64,000 nucleotides of DNA from Planctomycetota bacterium. GTDB taxonomy: Bacteria; Planctomycetota; UBA8108; UBA1146; JAJFFE01. The stretch covers positions 35,844-99,843 of the forward strand of contig JAJFFE010000231.1 in the NCBI GenBank assembly GCA_021776775.1. Direction: 5' to 3'. Below the pieces are notes generated by a model. The model was given only the letters and a program-made list of their open reading frames with translations, did no database searches and was not told where the DNA came from. Of this stretch, positions 33,078 to 43,510 are shown in pieces. Numbering within the stretch: position 1 is the first letter of the stretch; each line of letters starts with the position of its first letter. The translations under genes and the position numbers were made by a program.

Positions 33078-34823
33078 TCAACGCCACAAGTGGGTCGAGA
33101 CCCAGTGTGCCGTTTGCGTCTTCTTGTGCTTCTTCAAGAAGGCGCGTTTCGCCTTGTCATCGGGAGGTGAAATGGGGTTGAGGAGTGGGCGAAGATCGGC
33201 TTGCGCCGCCGCTTCCTTCTTTGCGCGGGAGATCGATTTCTCGAGCTTCTTGGCCGGCTTCGACAGCCCGGCCGCCTTCGCCCGCGGCGCGAGCTTGGCA
33301 ATGCGAACGGTAGCGCCCTGATAGTCCGGCAGTGCAGTCAGCTTCGGATCGAGCAGCCGCATTTCCTGTTCGAGATCCGCGACGATGTCGTCGACCACCC
33401 GCTTGGCGAGCGCCCCCGGGTCCAGGCTCTTCGCCTTCTTACGAATGGCCTTTGCCGCCTTCTCGAAGCGCGACCGCTGGCCATTCATGAGTTGACTCAG
33501 CGATGAACGAGTGTCGCCCGCCGACATGCCGGCGCGAAGCAGCTGCGCCGCCGCGAGCCCAAACTCCATGGTCGGGTCGCCGACCGAACAGATCACCGGG
33601 CCGTAGGGGATCTCAACATCGGCGGGCCACCCGACGCCTTCGGTGTGGATCCGGCGAATCGGTGTTGCGCGATTGTTCACACCGAGCCGAAAGTCGACCA
33701 ATCCGGATGGACACTGGAACCCGTTGGGAATGATCCCCCACCCGCCGGTTCGACGCCCGACCGACACCACGCGCTCGGTTTCCGAAACCGCCCACGTGAA
33801 CGTCTCGGCCGACGACACTTCGAGTTCGTCCTGCAACATGACGACAGGTCCGTCGAACTGCCATGAACCGCTCGGTTCAATGTTGCGCTGGTTGCCATTG
33901 GGCGTCGACTTCCTGAACAGGCGACCGGCCATCTCCCACGCCGACGAATCACTGCCGCCGCCCATGGCCCGACAATCGAGGATCAGGAGCTCCATTCCCC
34001 GCAGCGTGTCGAACGCTCGGTGAAACGCGGTAACCGTGGTCCCGTTCATCGATCCCGTGATACGAAGATAGCCGACCTTGGAAGACCACGGAAATGAGAG
34101 CAGTTTCGCAACCGCACCCGGCGCCGACTCCACCCCAGCCGGCATGGTCGCCGCGCGCATCGAGAACGCCTGCCCCCCTGGCCCCCAGCGCGGAACCTTC
34201 ACCGTGACGCGATCGCCCTTAGGGGTTAGCAGCTCCACTGTGATTTGCTGCTTGTCACCAAACGGTAGTATTCGATTGCCGAGGCTGGCGAACGTCGAGT
34301 GACGGCTGGACTGGCCGCTGTACACAGCCATCCGATGCCACTCTTGCTCCATAGCAATCCAAGCCGGGACGCCATCGATCGAGATAATGTCGGAACCGAG
34401 CGGGATCTTCTCGGCCAACGCGTGGCGCGGCATGATTCCCTGTACGAGAAACCGACCTTCGTGCCACCCGATCCACAGGCCGCCCCCGAACAAGCCGTCG
34501 AACTTGGAGGGAAGACTCTTCTGATCGACCGAAGAGCGTGTGACTCCAGTATGGCTATCGCGCAACTCGGCCAAGAGTCTCATGACGTTCTTCACATGTT
34601 CGAAGTCACTCGTGCACGCCGCAAACTCAGGCCGATACCGCGAACACACCCGCGCCCAATCGATGTTCTTCGACGTGACGGACGCGCCTCGTGCCGCCAC
34701 CGTGCGTTCTATGAACTCAAAGTCTCGTACATAGTCGGCTGCGCCCAAAGCCGTCACGCTGCTCATTGCCACGAACACCAACGCAAAGACCAACTGAACC
34801 ATCGTCGCGCTGCACCGCGTCAT
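33078..34823 (-). CDS. S41-family (tail-specific) secreted peptidase
   Basis: LAELRDSHT, VGYLRI, LILDCRAMGGG, SSAETF, GRRTGG and EGVGWPADV motifs. GAGGAGG RBS before ATG 34823. Confidence 0.85.
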   Translation of the reverse strand: MTRCSATMVQLVFALVFVAMSSVTALGAADYVRDFEFIERTVAARGASVTSKNIDWARVCSRYRPEFAACTSDFEHVKNVMRLLAELRDSHTGVTRSSVDQKSLPSKFDGLFGGGLWIGWHEGRFLVQGIMPRHALAEKIPLGSDIISIDGVPAWIAMEQEWHRMAVYSGQSSRHSTFASLGNRILPFGDKQQITVELLTPKGDRVTVKVPRWGPGGQAFSMRAATMPAGVESAPGAVAKLLSFPWSSKVGYLRITGSMNGTTVTAFHRAFDTLRGMELLILDCRAMGGGSDSSAWEMAGRLFRKSTPNGNQRNIEPSGSWQFDGPVVMLQDELEVSSAETFTWAVSETERVVSVGRRTGGWGIIPNGFQCPSGLVDFRLGVNNRATPIRRIHTEGVGWPADVEIPYGPVICSVGDPTMEFGLAAAQLLRAGMSAGDTRSSLSQLMNGQRSRFEKAAKAIRKKAKSLDPGALAKRVVDDIVADLEQEMRLLDPKLTALPDYQGATVRIAKLAPRAKAAGLSKPAKKLEKSISRAKKEAAAQADLRPLLNPISPPDDKAKRAFLKKHKKTQTAHWVSTHLWR

Positions 34824-35166
34824 CGATCCCTCCTCGCACTCTGCGGGCCGATACCGTGATCGCATGAAAGTCCGCCCCCATCAACTCCTGGCTCGTAGCC
34901 TCTGGTCAGATAACCAGCGGAACCGACGATCGATCGCTTCGAATCGCGGACGGGGACGCACCGCTCGCCTCCGCGGTCTGTCCGGTGCTCTTCCGGTCGG
35001 CGCCCCGTGCTACGGTTGTTCCTACCTTCAACATCTTCGCCACATCTCGAACTCACCACGTCTCGTAGCACCGACGGAGTCATCGCATGGAAACCGTGTT
35101 TCGCAAGGAGCATCTATGTCGTAAGCTGCCTGGGATCGAAGAGTATTCACGTAACGAAAGAGCAAC

Positions 35167-37110
35167 ATGACGGATGCCACGCTCCGCGCAATATTGGACG
35201 CGATGCCCGGCAAGTTCTTTCTCAAAGATGCGAAGAACAACATTATTCTTGCCAACCGACACGTAGCCGAGTCACTCGGCGTACACCCCGAAGAGTTGGA
35301 CAACACGCCTACCGCACGGTGGTACCCGGACCACGCGGCTCGATACTACGAAGACGACAAGGTGGTTCTGCGCTCCGGCCAACCGCAGCTTGGTATCGTC
35401 GAGCCACTCCTGGTCGACGGTGTCGAGGAGCATTGGATCCGCACGGACAAGTTCCCGCATCGCAACGACCAGGGTGACATCGTCGGCGTCATTGTCTTCA
35501 TTCGAGATACCACCGAGGAAGCGAAGGTCGAGTCAGCGCTCCGTGCCAGTGAACAGGCGCTGCGGCAATCCAACGAAGACCTGACACGAGTCCTGTCGTC
35601 GGTTTCCGATTACCTGTGGAGTGCGACATTCGGCCCCGACGGCACTGTCACGAGTCGGTACTACTCTCCGGTCGTCGAGTCGATCACCGGTCGCCCCCCC
35701 GAGTTCTTCGAAAAGAACCCGGATCGATGGCTCGAGACGATTCACCCCGAGGACCGTCCACGCATTGAAGAACTCGCCGGGCGCCTCATCGCCGGTGCAG
35801 AACCCGCCCTCACCGACGAATACAGAATAGTCTTGCCCACCGGCAAGACTCGCTGGGTTCGGGACAGGGTGACGGCCCGGCAGCTGGACGACGGCTCGCT
35901 TCGGCTGGATGGTGTGGTCACCGACATATCCGATCATAAGAAGGCGAAGGATGAAGAGGCTCGCCTCGACGAACGAATTCGACAGACCCAGAAGCTAGAG
36001 AGCTTAGGGGTGCTCGCGGGCGGAGTCGCGCACGACTTCAACAACATTCTCACCGCAATCATGGGAAACGCTGCTCTCGCCCGAGAAGACGTGTCGCCGG
36101 TGTCCCCAGTGGGCAAGCATCTCAGCGTCATTGAAAGTGCCTCTGAGCGAGCCGCGGAGCTCTGTCGGCAGATGCTTGCGTACGCTGGCAAGAGCGTACT
36201 CGCCAACACAGTGGTCGACCTTTCCCAAGTGGTTCGAGAAACCACGACGCTACTCGAGGTTTTTGTCCCGAAGAACGCAACGATCGAACTGAACTTCGCG
36301 GATTCCCCACTGCCGGTGATGGCCGATCCGGCTCAAGTACAACAAGTTGTGTTGAACCTGATCACCAACGCTTCTGAAGCAATCGACCACGACGGCGTCG
36401 TCTCGATCCGCACCGGTAAACGAACTTGTGACCCGTCGTACTGGGCAAGCACGTATCTTGGCGAGCCTTTACCTACCGGAGAGTACGCATTCGTCGAAGT
36501 CACGGATACCGGCTGCGGAATGGACGCGGCGACGAGAGCGAAAATCTTCGATCCGTTCTTCACGACCAAGTTCACGGGTCGCGGGCTCGGACTCGCAGCA
36601 GTGCTGGGGATTGTTCGCGGGCACCAAGGCGCAATCCAACTGCACTCGACTCCCGGCGAAGGTACTTCGTTCAAGATCCTGTTCCCGCTGTCGAGCCGAC
36701 CCGCCAGCGCAGCCAAAGCGCGGACGACCAGTCCCGACGCTTGGCGGGGTGCCGGGACCATTCTCGTTGTGGACGATGAATCGACCATCCGCGCTCTGGC
36801 GAAAGTGTCTCTCGAAGCGGTCGGATTCGACGTAGTGACCGCAGTCGATGGTCGCGAAGCGCTCGACGCCTTTCGGCGACAGCCGCATGACTTCGCCCTC
36901 GTGGTGCTCGACCTGACGATGCCGGGCATCGGCGGTGAGGAAGTGCTCGTCGGGTTGCGTGAAACCCGCAAAGACGTGCGCGTGATCTTGTCGAGCGGTT
37001 ACGACGAGCAAGATGCCGTCAGGCGATGCGCCGGCGACCGACCGGAGAGCTTCCTGAGAAAGCCGTATCGCCCGAGAGAACTCGTGGCCGCCGTCCGCCG
37101 CGTGATCTAG
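35167..37110 (+). CDS. PAS-PAS hybrid histidine kinase/response regulator (CckA-like architecture)
   Basis: Two PAS domains, QKLESLGVLAGGVAHDFNN, FDPFFTTKFTGRGLGL, and a C-terminal receiver (ILVVDDE, LDLTMP, KPY). Confidence 0.95.
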   Translation: MTDATLRAILDAMPGKFFLKDAKNNIILANRHVAESLGVHPEELDNTPTARWYPDHAARYYEDDKVVLRSGQPQLGIVEPLLVDGVEEHWIRTDKFPHRNDQGDIVGVIVFIRDTTEEAKVESALRASEQALRQSNEDLTRVLSSVSDYLWSATFGPDGTVTSRYYSPVVESITGRPPEFFEKNPDRWLETIHPEDRPRIEELAGRLIAGAEPALTDEYRIVLPTGKTRWVRDRVTARQLDDGSLRLDGVVTDISDHKKAKDEEARLDERIRQTQKLESLGVLAGGVAHDFNNILTAIMGNAALAREDVSPVSPVGKHLSVIESASERAAELCRQMLAYAGKSVLANTVVDLSQVVRETTTLLEVFVPKNATIELNFADSPLPVMADPAQVQQVVLNLITNASEAIDHDGVVSIRTGKRTCDPSYWASTYLGEPLPTGEYAFVEVTDTGCGMDAATRAKIFDPFFTTKFTGRGLGLAAVLGIVRGHQGAIQLHSTPGEGTSFKILFPLSSRPASAAKARTTSPDAWRGAGTILVVDDESTIRALAKVSLEAVGFDVVTAVDGREALDAFRRQPHDFALVVLDLTMPGIGGEEVLVGLRETRKDVRVILSSGYDEQDAVRRCAGDRPESFLRKPYRPRELVAAVRRVI

Positions 37111-37386
37111 CTCTAGAGTCAGAGACACGGTGCAGGTCGGCCGGGACTATGCGACGGCCCCCGTCCAACCGGTTGGGACCTCTGACATGTTCCCGAACAA
37201 CACGCTCGCAGTTTGATTGGAACAGCCGCCCGTCGGCGGCGACGTAGGAATACGTGACCTGCCTCGAGCGCTCGATCCGGACCCGACCCCTCCATTTGCC
37301 GATCTCGATCCCGCGGGAACCCAACGTTCGCTGGCTCGGTCGCACGGCGTCACTCAAAGTTTGACCTACCGGAAAGCAGACTTCTC

Positions 37387-37923
37387 ATGACGTGGAGGAT
37401 CCTTGCGGCGGCAGCCGTCGCGTTGACGACCGGCATGCTGTGTTGGAGCGGAATCGCTGATCAACGAGTTCCCGGCGCACCGTCGCCTACCCTACTCCCG
37501 GGCAACTCCGGGGCCTGCCACAGTTGTAGCTTGACACAACACGATCTGCCGACGATCTCCGACGCAACACTACTCGAACACCTCGACGAGTACGCAGGCC
37601 TTCCACTAGGCAGTGAAAGTAGTGCGATCGATCAACTCCTGTTTCATGGTGATCGAACGCGCACCCTGCTCAGATCGAACCCCGCTCGACTCCCTGCACG
37701 GCAACGCGCGTTTCTCGAACGAGAGCTGAACCGTACGCACGCACGGGTCTTCTTGCGGGTGGTCGACGCGGCCGGAAACGTCGTTACCCATGTCGACGGA
37801 GCACGCGTCCCCCTCGACGAGAAGCAGCACCTCATGGGATCGAACCTTGTCGCACTCAAGCCCCATGAGTTCAACGGCACAGTCAAGCGCGTCGGCCTGC
37901 ATCACCTGTGGACTCGCATGTGA
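37387..37923 (+). CDS. hypothetical exported protein with CxxC
   Basis: Signal-like N-terminus and ACHSC; lies just upstream of the DUF2330 gene. Confidence 0.65.
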   Translation: MTWRILAAAAVALTTGMLCWSGIADQRVPGAPSPTLLPGNSGACHSCSLTQHDLPTISDATLLEHLDEYAGLPLGSESSAIDQLLFHGDRTRTLLRSNPARLPARQRAFLERELNRTHARVFLRVVDAAGNVVTHVDGARVPLDEKQHLMGSNLVALKPHEFNGTVKRVGLHHLWTRM

Positions 37924-38072
37924 GTGGAAGGCGTTCACTTCGTGGCCGGACCGTGGTTCACGGTTCAACGCAGCGGTAGCGATTGGCAGCAAATCGGCAC
38001 CCTCTCCCTCAGCGACGGCGGACACCGATCCCGCGCACGCGTCGAGTATCGAATCGAATTGGAGCAATCTTC

Positions 38073-40607
38073 ATGACCCACAAGCAACGCCTCGCCTTCA
38101 CCACGCTTTTTGTCTTCATGAGCGCCCAACTGTCGCCCCTCGTTTGGGCCGACCCGTGCGGCATGGTGCCACCGATGTGGCTCGGCGACGGGCCACCGAT
38201 CACCCGTATCGGTGCGCAGCAGACGTATGTGTTTTACAAAGAAGGTATAGAAACGTTCGTCATCAAGCCCGGCTTCTCGGGCAAAGTCGACGAGTTCGGT
38301 ATGTTGATCCCCTTCCCCACCCCGCCCGCCATCCGCAAGGTTCCGGATGACATCTTCGCGCACCTTGCGGCAGCGATTGATCCCCCGGAGGTGATCGTCG
38401 ATTTACGGCCACGCCCTAAGTTCGAGTGCTTCTCCATGGAGAAGGATTCTCGAAGTGCTGCGCCGTTGATGGCCCAGCGGGATGGCGCCGTCACTGTCAT
38501 TCGCGAAGAGGCGGTCGGCATGTACGAAGTGGCGGTGCTCGATGCAGGAAGCGCCGCAGCCCTGAAGTCGTGGATGGACGAGAATGGGTATCGCTACCCG
38601 TCCGGGATGGACGGCGTCTGCGAGGAGTACGTCGAACAAGGATGGTGCTTTGTTGCGGTCAAGACGAAGGTTGGACAGAAGAACGGAGTCGACCCGAGAC
38701 CCGGTATGCGCTCCGCCGACAGTAAACTCGCCCCCGGATCGACGTTCGACGGCGCCGTGCAAGCGATGGGCTTTCGCTTCGAAACCGACGAGTTCGTTCT
38801 TCCCATGCGTCTCTCGACTTTCAACGAGGGCGACTTGAGCAACGTCGTCTATGTGCTCAGCGACCAACCGCAGCGCATCCGCGGAATCTCCGATGACCGC
38901 GTTCGCCGGCAAATTTCGGGCGACGAACTGTTCCGGAACGTGACTCGGTCGCTCCCGCTGCGCGTTATCGGCGGAACCCCGTCCGACATTCCCACGAGCC
39001 GACTTGCCACGTTGCCCGACGAACGCAATCCACAACCGCACAACGGCTACGCCAAGGATCTTTTCGCATCAGATCTAGCCGCGGTGCGCAACAAGCAACT
39101 CAGCAACGGTTTCGAAGAGACGGAAAAGGAGCTACTCCGGATCAGCGAACGGCTCGGGCTTCGCGGTGCAGACGTCGACGCCCTCCACCACGGCGCCTTG
39201 TCGACGTCGCGTGAAGAAGCGATCTCGGTTTCGCTGAACGATCTGCGGGACATGACGCTCACCGTGATCGACGGTGCGTTCCCGCGAGAGGTGCTGGCCA
39301 ACGACAACCTTCACTTCGAGTCGTTCGCCATGCCGAGCGAGAACAACACGCCGGACACGTACGACGCCAAGATGCGCGGGCCCGCGTTCAAGCGTGGTGG
39401 CTTGGTGTTCTGGGGCGATGACGGAGTGGGTCCCCACTCGAACAACGCCTTGCTCACTCTCATTGCCGCCATCGCCGGTGCGGCGCTGGTTGTCTCCTTC
39501 CTACGCCGCCGACGCACGATTCGTCTCGGGTCTGCCGCGGGTCGCGGGGTTGGACTGGTCATCGTGATGGCTACGATCATCGTCGCGAGCCTCGCCACGA
39601 CGGCGCAACCCGTCTCCGCCCGGGACGACGACGATCCCGTACTTCGAATGGAAGCCCGCTTCGTCGCCGCGCTCGTCGACAGCCTGGGAATCGCCGGGAG
39701 CGCGACAAACGCACTCGACCGCTTGAAGTCGCTCTCACCGGAAGTCACGGTTCCAGCGCTGCTGGGGGAAGCACTCTACGGCAAGCGGCTCGCGTCTCGC
39801 GGCTGGGCTATCGTTGGCCTCGCCGAGATCGGCGGAAGTGCCGCCAACGAGGGACTGACCGAGATTCTCATCGACAGCCAAGCATCGGCACTGTTGCGCA
39901 CCTGGGCGGCGGCCGGGCGTGTGAGCACCGCCACCACCTTCGACGAACTCGGCGCCGTCTTCGGCCTCGCCCAGCAGTACCCTGCGATCCGCCGACCACT
40001 GAAGCTACAGCTCACGCGTATCGTCCCGACGACCCTCGACGGCGCCATCGAACTCATTCAACTCTGTCGAAGAGACCCGTCAGGACTTGGGGCCAGTGCC
40101 GACCTGATCCTCTCCTTGGGTTCTGCGACCTTGACCGACGTCATGCGAACGGCAGCCGACTCAGAAGTAAGGCGCATCGCCGCCGCGAGCTTGGCCAACA
40201 TTGCGATGGCTGGTCGTACGGATGAGGTGGCCGAAGCTGCGCTGACTGCGTATCGATTCGACACGGAGTTGAAGATCGAACCGTGGACGGGAGGTGCGTT
40301 GTTCGTGCCCGGCATCCAGTGGAGCGGCGAATCGGCAAAATCGCTGGTCCGGAATCTCGTCGCATGGCACGTGTGGGCAGATCGCCACGACCGTGCCGAT
40401 CTCAAGCAACAAGTTCACAACAACCTCAATAGCTTGCAACTCGGTCACGCGGCCGGCTACCGGATCCCCCGTCGGACGCTCGACACCGTCGGGTGGCTCG
40501 AGATCTTGGCTCAAGCGTGCGGACGTGAAACCGTGCGAGAAGTTCTGGCGGAACAAGGCGTCGACGGGTTACCGAAGTACGCGACCACTGTTGCCGCTTA
40601 CAGGTAG
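38073..40607 (+). CDS. DUF2330-like domain, two TM helices and a HEAT-like helical domain
   Basis: ADPCGM after the signal, EFGMLIPFPTPP, VGMYEVAVL, WMDENGY, YVEQGWCFVAVK, LPMRLS; paired hydrophobic segments around RRRR; Ala/Leu-rich helical tail. GGAG RBS. Confidence 0.78.
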   Translation: MTHKQRLAFTTLFVFMSAQLSPLVWADPCGMVPPMWLGDGPPITRIGAQQTYVFYKEGIETFVIKPGFSGKVDEFGMLIPFPTPPAIRKVPDDIFAHLAAAIDPPEVIVDLRPRPKFECFSMEKDSRSAAPLMAQRDGAVTVIREEAVGMYEVAVLDAGSAAALKSWMDENGYRYPSGMDGVCEEYVEQGWCFVAVKTKVGQKNGVDPRPGMRSADSKLAPGSTFDGAVQAMGFRFETDEFVLPMRLSTFNEGDLSNVVYVLSDQPQRIRGISDDRVRRQISGDELFRNVTRSLPLRVIGGTPSDIPTSRLATLPDERNPQPHNGYAKDLFASDLAAVRNKQLSNGFEETEKELLRISERLGLRGADVDALHHGALSTSREEAISVSLNDLRDMTLTVIDGAFPREVLANDNLHFESFAMPSENNTPDTYDAKMRGPAFKRGGLVFWGDDGVGPHSNNALLTLIAAIAGAALVVSFLRRRRTIRLGSAAGRGVGLVIVMATIIVASLATTAQPVSARDDDDPVLRMEARFVAALVDSLGIAGSATNALDRLKSLSPEVTVPALLGEALYGKRLASRGWAIVGLAEIGGSAANEGLTEILIDSQASALLRTWAAAGRVSTATTFDELGAVFGLAQQYPAIRRPLKLQLTRIVPTTLDGAIELIQLCRRDPSGLGASADLILSLGSATLTDVMRTAADSEVRRIAAASLANIAMAGRTDEVAEAALTAYRFDTELKIEPWTGGALFVPGIQWSGESAKSLVRNLVAWHVWADRHDRADLKQQVHNNLNSLQLGHAAGYRIPRRTLDTVGWLEILAQACGRETVREVLAEQGVDGLPKYATTVAAYR

Positions 40608-40630
40608 TTCTTGAACAGCTGAGTAACAAG

Positions 40631-40671
40631 CGAGCCCGCGATTGACATTCGATCGCGGGCTCGTCTGTTTT
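40631..40671 (+). terminator. intrinsic terminator
   Basis: CGAGCCCGCGAT...ATCGCGGGCTCG 12-bp stem followed by TCTGTTTT. Confidence 0.75.
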
Positions 40672-40983
40672 GGTCAACCTATTGAGCGGATCTGTCGAGT
40701 CGACGAAAACTACCGGTCCAAGTGCCGCCCTGCGCGAACCCGCTGCGACAAGCCAACGAGTACAGCGAGATCGTCACCTCGTAGAACATCAGCATAGCCG
40801 CCAGGAACCGACAGCGACTCGCGCGATGCGTCCGGCCACGAGACGAGCGACCGAACTCGGTCCCTGCAAGTCGCCCACGCACACCCGGTTCAACTGACAG
40901 TAGGTCACAACCAACACGCGTCTTGGGACAACGCCCGCTCAACGGGTGGTCATTTGCATCCTGACTGCCAGAAGGAGCACACC

Positions 40984-41631
40984 ATGATACAAGAAGCATT
41001 GGAACGACTGAGTCAGTACATGGGCCGACGTCGTTGGCAACCGATCGTACCCGACCTGCTCAGCCAAGATCCCGACACCGCGCGTCAAGACGCTCTCGCC
41101 CAGCTGAAGTCGACCGGGCTGCGACTTTCGTTCGAACGGCTCGAATCGGCCGTTCAAGCCACCGAAACCCCCATTCTCGCAGTGACGTCCCTCGTCGGAC
41201 TTTCCGATCCGAAAACAATACTCATACAGTTCCAAGCCGCGGCCCTCTTCTGGAACCACACTTCCCGTCACGAACTCGGTGGAGCCTCACCGATCGACCA
41301 CCTCAAGAATCGCATCAAACAACGCCCCGACGATGAACCCTGGAAGGTCGCCTCCGAAGAACGCGATCTAGTCGCGATCATCGAAAGCCCCGAACAATTC
41401 AAAGACCTTCCCGAACCCGCCGAGTTCGGTCTCCCCAACGACTTCTTCGATACGTCAGACCTAGCGCAACACGTTTCGGGCCCCGTAACGATCGAAGAAC
41501 TCCCCAACGCGCGAAAGCGCAAAACAAGAAAGCTCCAACACACTCCCAAGCCGCGCATCTCCCGCAACCAAAAGTGCCCCTGCCGGAGCGGCAGCAAATA
41601 CAAGAACTGCTGTGCAAGGAGTAACGGCTAG
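40984..41631 (+). CDS. SEC-C metal-binding motif protein
   Basis: C-terminal ISRNQKCPCRSGSKYKNCC; AAGGAG RBS before ATG 40984. Confidence 0.85.
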   Translation: MIQEALERLSQYMGRRRWQPIVPDLLSQDPDTARQDALAQLKSTGLRLSFERLESAVQATETPILAVTSLVGLSDPKTILIQFQAAALFWNHTSRHELGGASPIDHLKNRIKQRPDDEPWKVASEERDLVAIIESPEQFKDLPEPAEFGLPNDFFDTSDLAQHVSGPVTIEELPNARKRKTRKLQHTPKPRISRNQKCPCRSGSKYKNCCARSNG

Positions 41632-42124
41632 CCCGACCGAGAAATGAGAAGCGACGCGCCACGACGTATCCGCCATCTCATCATGAGCTTGGCGGCCCTG
41701 GCGGATCTCGGCGGCTTAGCGAGAGATAGGCCGCTCAGGTCTTGGGACCTGAATCACTGGAGCTGAATCGCAAGGCTATGCGTTGGTCATTTATTAACGC
41801 GGCTCGAAGGCCCTTTTGCCGGGCGCATCGTGCCGTGCCGAATGACGCGCCAGCATGACGTGTGGCTCAACCCTGGGGGTCACGGGGCAAGAACCTGAAC
41901 GCCAGGCCTGGCTACGCCTAAACTCCAACCTATGAGCGAGAGATAGCGTGATAAACAGCTCGTCCTCAGCGGTGCGAAGCGGCATGGCAGTTGGATGCGC
42001 TGATCGTTTCGCTTTCGTCGCTTGGCCCATTCTCGCGAGGCGCCAAGAACCGCAAAGGCCGCAAAATAGGCTTTGCCCCACGGGGCATGGCTCTCCCACT
42101 CGACTCCCACGCAGTCATCCGCAA

Positions 42125-43498
42125 TCAGTCGCGGAAGTCGAAACGGCCGTCTAGCTCATCGAGGCCGCCTTCTATTTCCCGTCGATACCGGTCGAGGACA
42201 TAACTCCCGTAGAGATCCTCATAGCAGCTGCGGTCGAGCAACTTCTTCAGACCACTCAGTCGATCGAGCCAGAACTTTTGCTCTCGCGCATCGAGGCGCC
42301 GCCGAGCAAACGCGTAGAGATCGGCGTAGGCCATGAACGTGAGGCTAGGGTTGTTCATGAGGTGGACCCGCGAAACCAAGTCCTCGTACGCCTCCTTGAG
42401 ATGCTCCGACGGCGCCCCGTCGTCCAACAACAGGCGCGCCTGAAATCCGAGAAGCCTGGTGCGCGCATCGATGCATCCACGCTCCTCTGCTTCCATGAGC
42501 AGCTCTGCAGTGCGCGCAAAAACGGTGTCGTAGTCCTGTTCGCGCAGCGCGAACTCGACGAGTCCGAGCTTTGCGTAAAGGATCCCTGTGTAAAACGGCG
42601 GTTCTAGCTGCTCGAACAACTCAATCGCGTAGCGGAATAGGTGCTTTCCTTCGTCTTTGTTCCCCCAAAGCGTGTCGAGCTTCGCAGACAGTAACACCAG
42701 ATAAGCTCCGTACTGACGAAACACGTCTGGGTTGGTATCGATCAGGTCTTTCGCCTCGGCGAGTTCATAGTTAGCCTTGGCAAGAACCTGCAAATACAGC
42801 GCTGCTTCACTTGCCATCAGGTGGGAGTGAATCAGAGTCGCAACGTCCCCCTGTTTTGCCGCCGCGCGTCGAAATTCGCCATTGGAAAGCTCGCCCAAAG
42901 CCGCGCGAAACTGACCAGCACTCAAGAGTAGTCCACCGTAAACGAACCGATAGGAAGCTCCGAAGCAAAGCTCGTTCTGATCACAGGCTTCGATTGCGCC
43001 TAGGAGCTTCCTGGTCGCTCGTCGGAAGTCTCCGCATTGCTGATATGCAAAACCAAGCCAATGCTGAATCATCGCGTCGAGCACAAGCGCGAGTGGAGAG
43101 TTGCCTCCGCAATCGACTGCCTCAAGGGCCGTGATCGCTTCGTTGAACCGTTCTTCTCGAAGCCAGTCGATGCAGCCAACGAGGGTGGCGACGCTGACCA
43201 AGAATCGATCCTCCTTGAGCTCTGCCAAGGACCGTATGGTGGAAGATAGTCCAGGGGACGAATTGCGGCCAGAACTGCTGTTGACGACGTATCTCAGTGT
43301 CTGCAGTCGACGCATCTCGGCATCCACCGACAACAGCGACGGTAGTTCATCAGCACGCACAAGTTCTATAACTCTGAGATCGGCGATCGCAGCTTTGGCC
43401 TCGGACGTCCCAAGGCCTAATTCTTCAAGGTGCAATACGACGGCCTCAAGGCTCCGCCTCTGGAAAAAGGCCAGAGTCGTTCTTGAGTCGAGAGTCAC
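42125..43498 (-). CDS. TPR-like all-helical hypothetical protein (cassette copy 2)
   Basis: TPR-like segments (HWLGFAYQQCGDFRRA); clear paralogue of 44424-45806; GGGGAGG RBS. Confidence 0.8.
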   Translation of the reverse strand: MTLDSRTTLAFFQRRSLEAVVLHLEELGLGTSEAKAAIADLRVIELVRADELPSLLSVDAEMRRLQTLRYVVNSSSGRNSSPGLSSTIRSLAELKEDRFLVSVATLVGCIDWLREERFNEAITALEAVDCGGNSPLALVLDAMIQHWLGFAYQQCGDFRRATRKLLGAIEACDQNELCFGASYRFVYGGLLLSAGQFRAALGELSNGEFRRAAAKQGDVATLIHSHLMASEAALYLQVLAKANYELAEAKDLIDTNPDVFRQYGAYLVLLSAKLDTLWGNKDEGKHLFRYAIELFEQLEPPFYTGILYAKLGLVEFALREQDYDTVFARTAELLMEAEERGCIDARTRLLGFQARLLLDDGAPSEHLKEAYEDLVSRVHLMNNPSLTFMAYADLYAFARRRLDAREQKFWLDRLSGLKKLLDRSCYEDLYGSYVLDRYRREIEGGLDELDGRFDFRD

Positions 43499-43510
43499 CC
43501 TGCCTCCCCC

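Noticed and set aside
37387-37923. c-type cytochrome
   Set aside because: The motif is CHSCS, not CxxCH.
40984-41631. SEC-C protein acting as the missing tail of the SecA_DEAD protein
   Set aside because: It is 13 kb away in another transcription unit, and SEC-C motifs are common on unrelated proteins.
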